Source: Archaeoglobaceae archaeon | Lineage (GTDB): Archaea > Halobacteriota > Archaeoglobi > Archaeoglobales > Archaeoglobaceae | Assembly (NCBI GenBank): GCA_015523335.1 | Contig: WAKM01000012.1 | Span: forward strand, 1,714 to 65,713 | Length of the DNA: 64,000 nucleotides | Reading direction: 5' to 3' | Shown: one piece after another, positions 60,000 through 64,000 of the stretch | Numbering within the stretch: position 1 is the first letter of the stretch | Layout: every line of letters begins with the position of its first letter | Notes under the pieces: model-generated | Told to the model about the DNA's origin: nothing | Database searches by the model: none | Seen by the model: the letters and a program-made list of their open reading frames with translations, nothing else | Made by a program: the position numbers and the translations under genes

Positions 60000-60983
60000 A
60001 TGGATAGGTTAACAGCGATACTGATAACGTTTTTGGTTGGAATCTTTGGCGTGGCTGTCGCAATAGCCCATTTCTTCGGATTACTGTTTTTGATCAGATT
60101 GATCTTAGGTTTGTGCTTCTTAGGACTTGCAATGATCTTTGCGGTGATGCTGGGGATTCTTGTTTATGCAAAATCATTCAAATACGCACTGCTTTCGGCG
60201 TTAGGATTAGTTTCATCGGCATACGCTGTCTATCAGTGCTACACATGGAGAAACCCCATACATGTTTTGTATATAATAGTAGCATACGTGATCGTGCTTA
60301 TTTTCGGAGTCTGGTGGATTTCGGAGCCGGATCTGAGCGTAATTGAGAGACTGAAGAGTGCCACCTCCCTTGAAAGATCAGGGAATTACAGAGCGGCTGC
60401 GAGGAAGTTCGAGAAAAAGGGTGATTACGTTAAAGCTGCGGAGTGCTATTTGAAAGCTGGGATGATCGAATCCGCCGCATGGTGCTACGAAAAGGCTGAG
60501 GATTACGCAAAAGCCGCCGAACTCTACGAAAGGATAGCCAAAGAAAGGGGAGAATCATACTACTGGAAGGAAGCATACGAATTCTGGAAGAAAGCCGGTA
60601 ATAAGGTTAGAGCGGCTAAGTGTTTGGAGGAATACGCGAAGGAGGAGCCGTGGTTCTGGGAGGACGTTGCAAAGCTTTATGAAGAGGCTGGGAAGAGGGA
60701 AGATGCCGAAAGAGCTTGGAAGAAAGCTTTGGAGTATTATTTAAAGGAAGCCGAAGAGGAAGGAGTATTTTGGGAGGACGTCGCAAAGATCTACGAGATA
60801 TTGGGAGAAAAGGAGAAGGCTAAGGAAGCTTGGATGAAATACGCCGAATACTGCGAGAGAGAGGCTGAGAAGGATCCGGCTTGGTGGAAGCACGTAGCCG
60901 AAGCTTACGAGAAATTGGGTGATAGGCAGAAGGCTGAAGAGGCTAAGAAAAGGTATGAAGAGCATAAGAAATCGAAAGCATAA
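60000..60983 (+). CDS. Membrane-anchored helical-repeat (SNAP/TPR-like) protein
   Basis: Four N-terminal TMs, then AAxxYEKAG-type repeats and WEDVAKxYE repeats. Confidence 0.8.
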   Translation: MDRLTAILITFLVGIFGVAVAIAHFFGLLFLIRLILGLCFLGLAMIFAVMLGILVYAKSFKYALLSALGLVSSAYAVYQCYTWRNPIHVLYIIVAYVIVLIFGVWWISEPDLSVIERLKSATSLERSGNYRAAARKFEKKGDYVKAAECYLKAGMIESAAWCYEKAEDYAKAAELYERIAKERGESYYWKEAYEFWKKAGNKVRAAKCLEEYAKEEPWFWEDVAKLYEEAGKREDAERAWKKALEYYLKEAEEEGVFWEDVAKIYEILGEKEKAKEAWMKYAEYCEREAEKDPAWWKHVAEAYEKLGDRQKAEEAKKRYEEHKKSKA

Positions 60984-61185
60984 TATCTGTATATTTTAAT
61001 TATAAAAACTTATAAAATCAAATTTTAATCAATAATCAAATTTTTAGTATAAAAAGATATAGCTCTAATAGCTTTGATTTTGTTTGGGATCAGTTTAACC
61101 ATTCAATTTCACCAATCTCAAGCCAAAGTTGAATGTTCTTCCGTCGCTCAATAAACTTTAATTTTTTGTGACGAAATCGTAGTTA

Positions 61186-62343
61186 ATGGATGAAGCGATA
61201 AAAGCCGGAAAGATATCCGTAATCGCAAACGTCATTCTAACGATAGCCAAGGGAATCGCCGGAATCCTATCAGGTAGCACCGCTCTTATAGCGGATGCTC
61301 TTCATTCTCTCGTTGACGTTCTCGGCTCCGCTCTGGTTTGGATCGGAATTAAGATCGCACAAAAACCGCCAGATGAGTCCCATCCATACGGTCACTTCAA
61401 AGCGGAAAGCCTCGCGGAGCTCGGGGTGGGTTTGATAATCGTCTTTACGTCCCTCTCAATTTTGGTTGAAGCCGTGAACAACCTGATAGCGGGCGTCAAA
61501 CCGAGCTTCGAACTATACGCCTTAGCAGTTGCGTTGGCGTCTGCGGTGGTGAACGAAGCCCTCGCGAGGTATAAGATATCAGTCGGAATAAGGACGAAAT
61601 CATCATCTCTCATCGCCGAAGGTAAGCATTCGAGAACGGACGTTATCTCAAGCCTGTCGGTTGTCTTGGGATTCGTGTTAGTTTACTTCGGATACTGGTG
61701 GGCTGACGCCGTCGTTGCTATTGCCATATCGATTCTGATCCTTCAGACGGGTAGCGAGATCCTGAAAAATGCCGTAGACGTTCTGATGGACAAGGTGGAT
61801 GAGGAGCTCTCCGTAAGAATCAAAAGGTTGGTTGAAAGTATAGAGGGCATCAAGTCGGTCGATTTCGTCGCGGTTAGAGGAACATGGAGGAGCAAGATAG
61901 TCGAAGTCCACTTCACCGTAAGCTCCGAAGTTGAAGCAGATCAGATAAACGAGATAATCGGTAGAATCGAGCGACTGAAGGATAGTTTTCCCGAAATCGT
62001 TAAAATAATTCCGGTCGTCAAGATTTCAAAGGAGATAAGGAGAATAGCCGTTCCGGTGGATGAAGAAGACAATTACGTAGGAGATCTAAATGCAAGGTTC
62101 TTTAAGATCGTGGACGTGAGAAGCGGAAGGTCTTGGAAAATTCGGAACGATTTCTGGAACGCTCAGAAGATGAAAGGCTATCTGATAGCTGAACTGCTGA
62201 GCAAGAATAAGGTCGATGCGATCGCGGTTAAAAAAATCGGTGTGGGGGCGAAGAACCACCTGAAAAGCAAGGGGATTACAATAAAGCTTGTAGATAAATT
62301 AGACAGCTTAGATGACGTGATAACACGAATCAAAAGCGAATAA
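61186..62343 (+). CDS. Cation diffusion facilitator fused to a NifB/NifX-like C-terminal domain
   Basis: ADALHSLVD, PPDESHPYGHFKAE, HSRTD; C-terminal IAVP...VDAIAVKKIG.GA...L..KGI. Confidence 0.9.
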   Translation: MDEAIKAGKISVIANVILTIAKGIAGILSGSTALIADALHSLVDVLGSALVWIGIKIAQKPPDESHPYGHFKAESLAELGVGLIIVFTSLSILVEAVNNLIAGVKPSFELYALAVALASAVVNEALARYKISVGIRTKSSSLIAEGKHSRTDVISSLSVVLGFVLVYFGYWWADAVVAIAISILILQTGSEILKNAVDVLMDKVDEELSVRIKRLVESIEGIKSVDFVAVRGTWRSKIVEVHFTVSSEVEADQINEIIGRIERLKDSFPEIVKIIPVVKISKEIRRIAVPVDEEDNYVGDLNARFFKIVDVRSGRSWKIRNDFWNAQKMKGYLIAELLSKNKVDAIAVKKIGVGAKNHLKSKGITIKLVDKLDSLDDVITRIKSE

Positions 62344-62355
62344 TAGAAAGCAAAA

Positions 62356-62676
62356 TTAACTCTCCAAAACGATCTCGATGTTCACGTCCTTTGGCACCTG
62401 AATCCTCATGATCTGCCTCAAAGCTCTTTCATCAGCTGCGATGTCTATTAGTCTCTTGTGAATTCTGAGCTCCCAGTGGTCGTAAGTTTCACTGCCCTCC
62501 CCGTCTGGAGCCTTCCTAACGGGAACCACGAGTCGCCTCGTTGGCAACGGGATCGGTCCGCTGATCTCGACACCCGTCTTCAATGCGATCTCCTTGATCT
62601 GGTTGCAAATTCTATCCAAATCCTTCGGATTCAATCCGGAAAGCCTAATTCTCGCCTTCGGACCTTTAATTGCCAT
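62356..62676 (-). CDS. rpsJ: 30S ribosomal protein S10 (uS10)
   Basis: [23 protein letters not shown]. Confidence 0.97.
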   Translation of the reverse strand: MAIKGPKARIRLSGLNPKDLDRICNQIKEIALKTGVEISGPIPLPTRRLVVPVRKAPDGEGSETYDHWELRIHKRLIDIAADERALRQIMRIQVPKDVNIEIVLES

Positions 62677-62708
62677 AACAAACCACCCAAAATAAAAAAT
62701 GGGGAAAA

Positions 62709-63980
62709 TTACTTCCTCGGTGTTACGTCGATAACCATTCCAGCGGCGATCGTCATACCCATGTCTCTGACGGCGAATCTTCCGAGCGGTGGGATGTCTT
62801 TGACCTTCTCGATGACCATCGGTCTCGTCGGCTCAAGCTTGACGATCGCCGAGTCACCGGTCTTGAGATACTGCGGGTTCTCCTCTTTCACTTGTCCAGT
62901 TCTCGGGTCGATCTTCTTGATGAGCTCGACGAATCTGCAAGCAACCTGAGCTGTGTGAGCGTGAACTACCGGCGTATAGCCGACTGTGATGGCAGTGGGG
63001 TGTTGCAAGACGATGATCTGAGCCGTGAAGTCCTTCGCAACCGTCGGCGGGTTGTCTGGATGTCCGGCAACGTCTCCTCTCCTGATATCCTTCTTGCTGA
63101 CGCCTCTAACGTTGAAACCGATGTTGTCTCCCGGATAAGCCTCCTTAAGTGGCTCGTGGTGCATCTCAATGCTCTTTACCTCACCGACCACTCCCGGCGG
63201 CTCGAATATTACCTTGTCACCGACCTTAAGCACACCGCTCTCAACTCTGCCAACCGGAACGGTTCCGACACCCTTGATCGAGTAGACATCCTGAATCGGT
63301 ATTCTGAGCGGCTTGTCTACGAGCTTCTCCGGTGGCTTGAGCAAGTCGAAAGCTTCGAAGACCGTTGGACCGTTATACCATGGAGTCTTGTCGCTCCTCT
63401 TGAGCACGTTGTCACCGTAGTAAGCCGATGCCGGAATGAACGGGATCTCGTCGACCTTGTAACCTACAGCCTTGAGCAACTTGGCTACCTGATTCTTAAC
63501 TTCCTCATACTTCTTCTGGTCGTAGTTTACCCTGTCCATCTTGTTGATTACTACGATCATCTGGTTGATACCCAGCGTTCTCGCAAGGAAGACGTGCTCC
63601 TTCGTCTGCGGCTGAACACCCTCAGCAACGTCAACTACGAGAATCGCGGCATCCGCTTGGCTCGCTCCCGTGATCATGTTCTTGATGAAGTCCCTGTGTC
63701 CAGGGCAGTCCACAATTGTTATCATGTATTTGTTCGTCTCGATCTTCCTGTGAGCTACGTCGATCGTAACTCCTCTCTCTCTTTCTTCCTTAAGCCTGTC
63801 CATTACCCAAGCGAACTCGAATGTAGCTTTACCTTTCTCCTGAGCCTCCTTCTTGTATTGCTCGATGATATGCTCTGGGATCTGTCCAGCCTCATACAGC
63901 ATCCTTCCGATCAGTGTGCTCTTTCCGTGGTCTACATGCCCTATAACCGCAACGTTAATGTGCTCCTTCTCCTTCGGCAT
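62709..63980 (-). CDS. tuf: Elongation factor 1-alpha (aEF-1A)
   Basis: [48 protein letters not shown]. Confidence 0.98.
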   Translation of the reverse strand: MPKEKEHINVAVIGHVDHGKSTLIGRMLYEAGQIPEHIIEQYKKEAQEKGKATFEFAWVMDRLKEERERGVTIDVAHRKIETNKYMITIVDCPGHRDFIKNMITGASQADAAILVVDVAEGVQPQTKEHVFLARTLGINQMIVVINKMDRVNYDQKKYEEVKNQVAKLLKAVGYKVDEIPFIPASAYYGDNVLKRSDKTPWYNGPTVFEAFDLLKPPEKLVDKPLRIPIQDVYSIKGVGTVPVGRVESGVLKVGDKVIFEPPGVVGEVKSIEMHHEPLKEAYPGDNIGFNVRGVSKKDIRRGDVAGHPDNPPTVAKDFTAQIIVLQHPTAITVGYTPVVHAHTAQVACRFVELIKKIDPRTGQVKEENPQYLKTGDSAIVKLEPTRPMVIEKVKDIPPLGRFAVRDMGMTIAAGMVIDVTPRK

Positions 63981-64000
63981 TTACACCACCTCAAAGGTTT

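Noticed and set aside
60984..61185. AT-rich tract as a replication origin
   Set aside because: No ORB-like repeats or adjacent cdc6/orc1.
1..64000. CRISPR arrays, tRNA/rRNA genes, transposases, integrases, inteins
   Set aside because: None seen; intergenic gaps are short and conserved proteins have normal lengths.

Overview
Gene-dense 64 kb window from a hyperthermophilic euryarchaeon, most consistent with Archaeoglobales. The evidence is aEF-1alpha/S10, archaeal ThrRS, Cbf5, Pus10, arcTGT/ArcS, CarS, Tes, EgsA, MptA and GGAGGTGA-type SD sites. It holds an anaerobic cobalamin cluster (cbiM-N-Q-O-T-L-F-G-H-C-D-E-X-P) and ether-lipid genes, with carS and tes head-to-head. It also holds archaeosine genes (queCED, tgtA, arcS, mptA), other tRNA-modification and housekeeping genes, two ABC-2-type exporters and a small ArsR/ArsB-like islet. 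I saw no tRNA, rRNA, CRISPR array or transposase. The main unexplained features are: (1) a translationally coupled pair of a degenerate endonuclease IV-like protein and a nuclease-less Hef/FANCM-like helicase; (2) two genes that appear to start at ATA behind strong SD sites, inside overlaps with the upstream gene; (3) an ABC permease fused to a PrsW-type protease domain; (4) an unannotated 36-aa membrane peptide in the cobalt ECF operon; (5) an HTH/solute-binding-fold fusion regulator; (6) a STAND-like TPR protein without an NTPase domain. All calls come from reading motifs by eye; no database searches were run.
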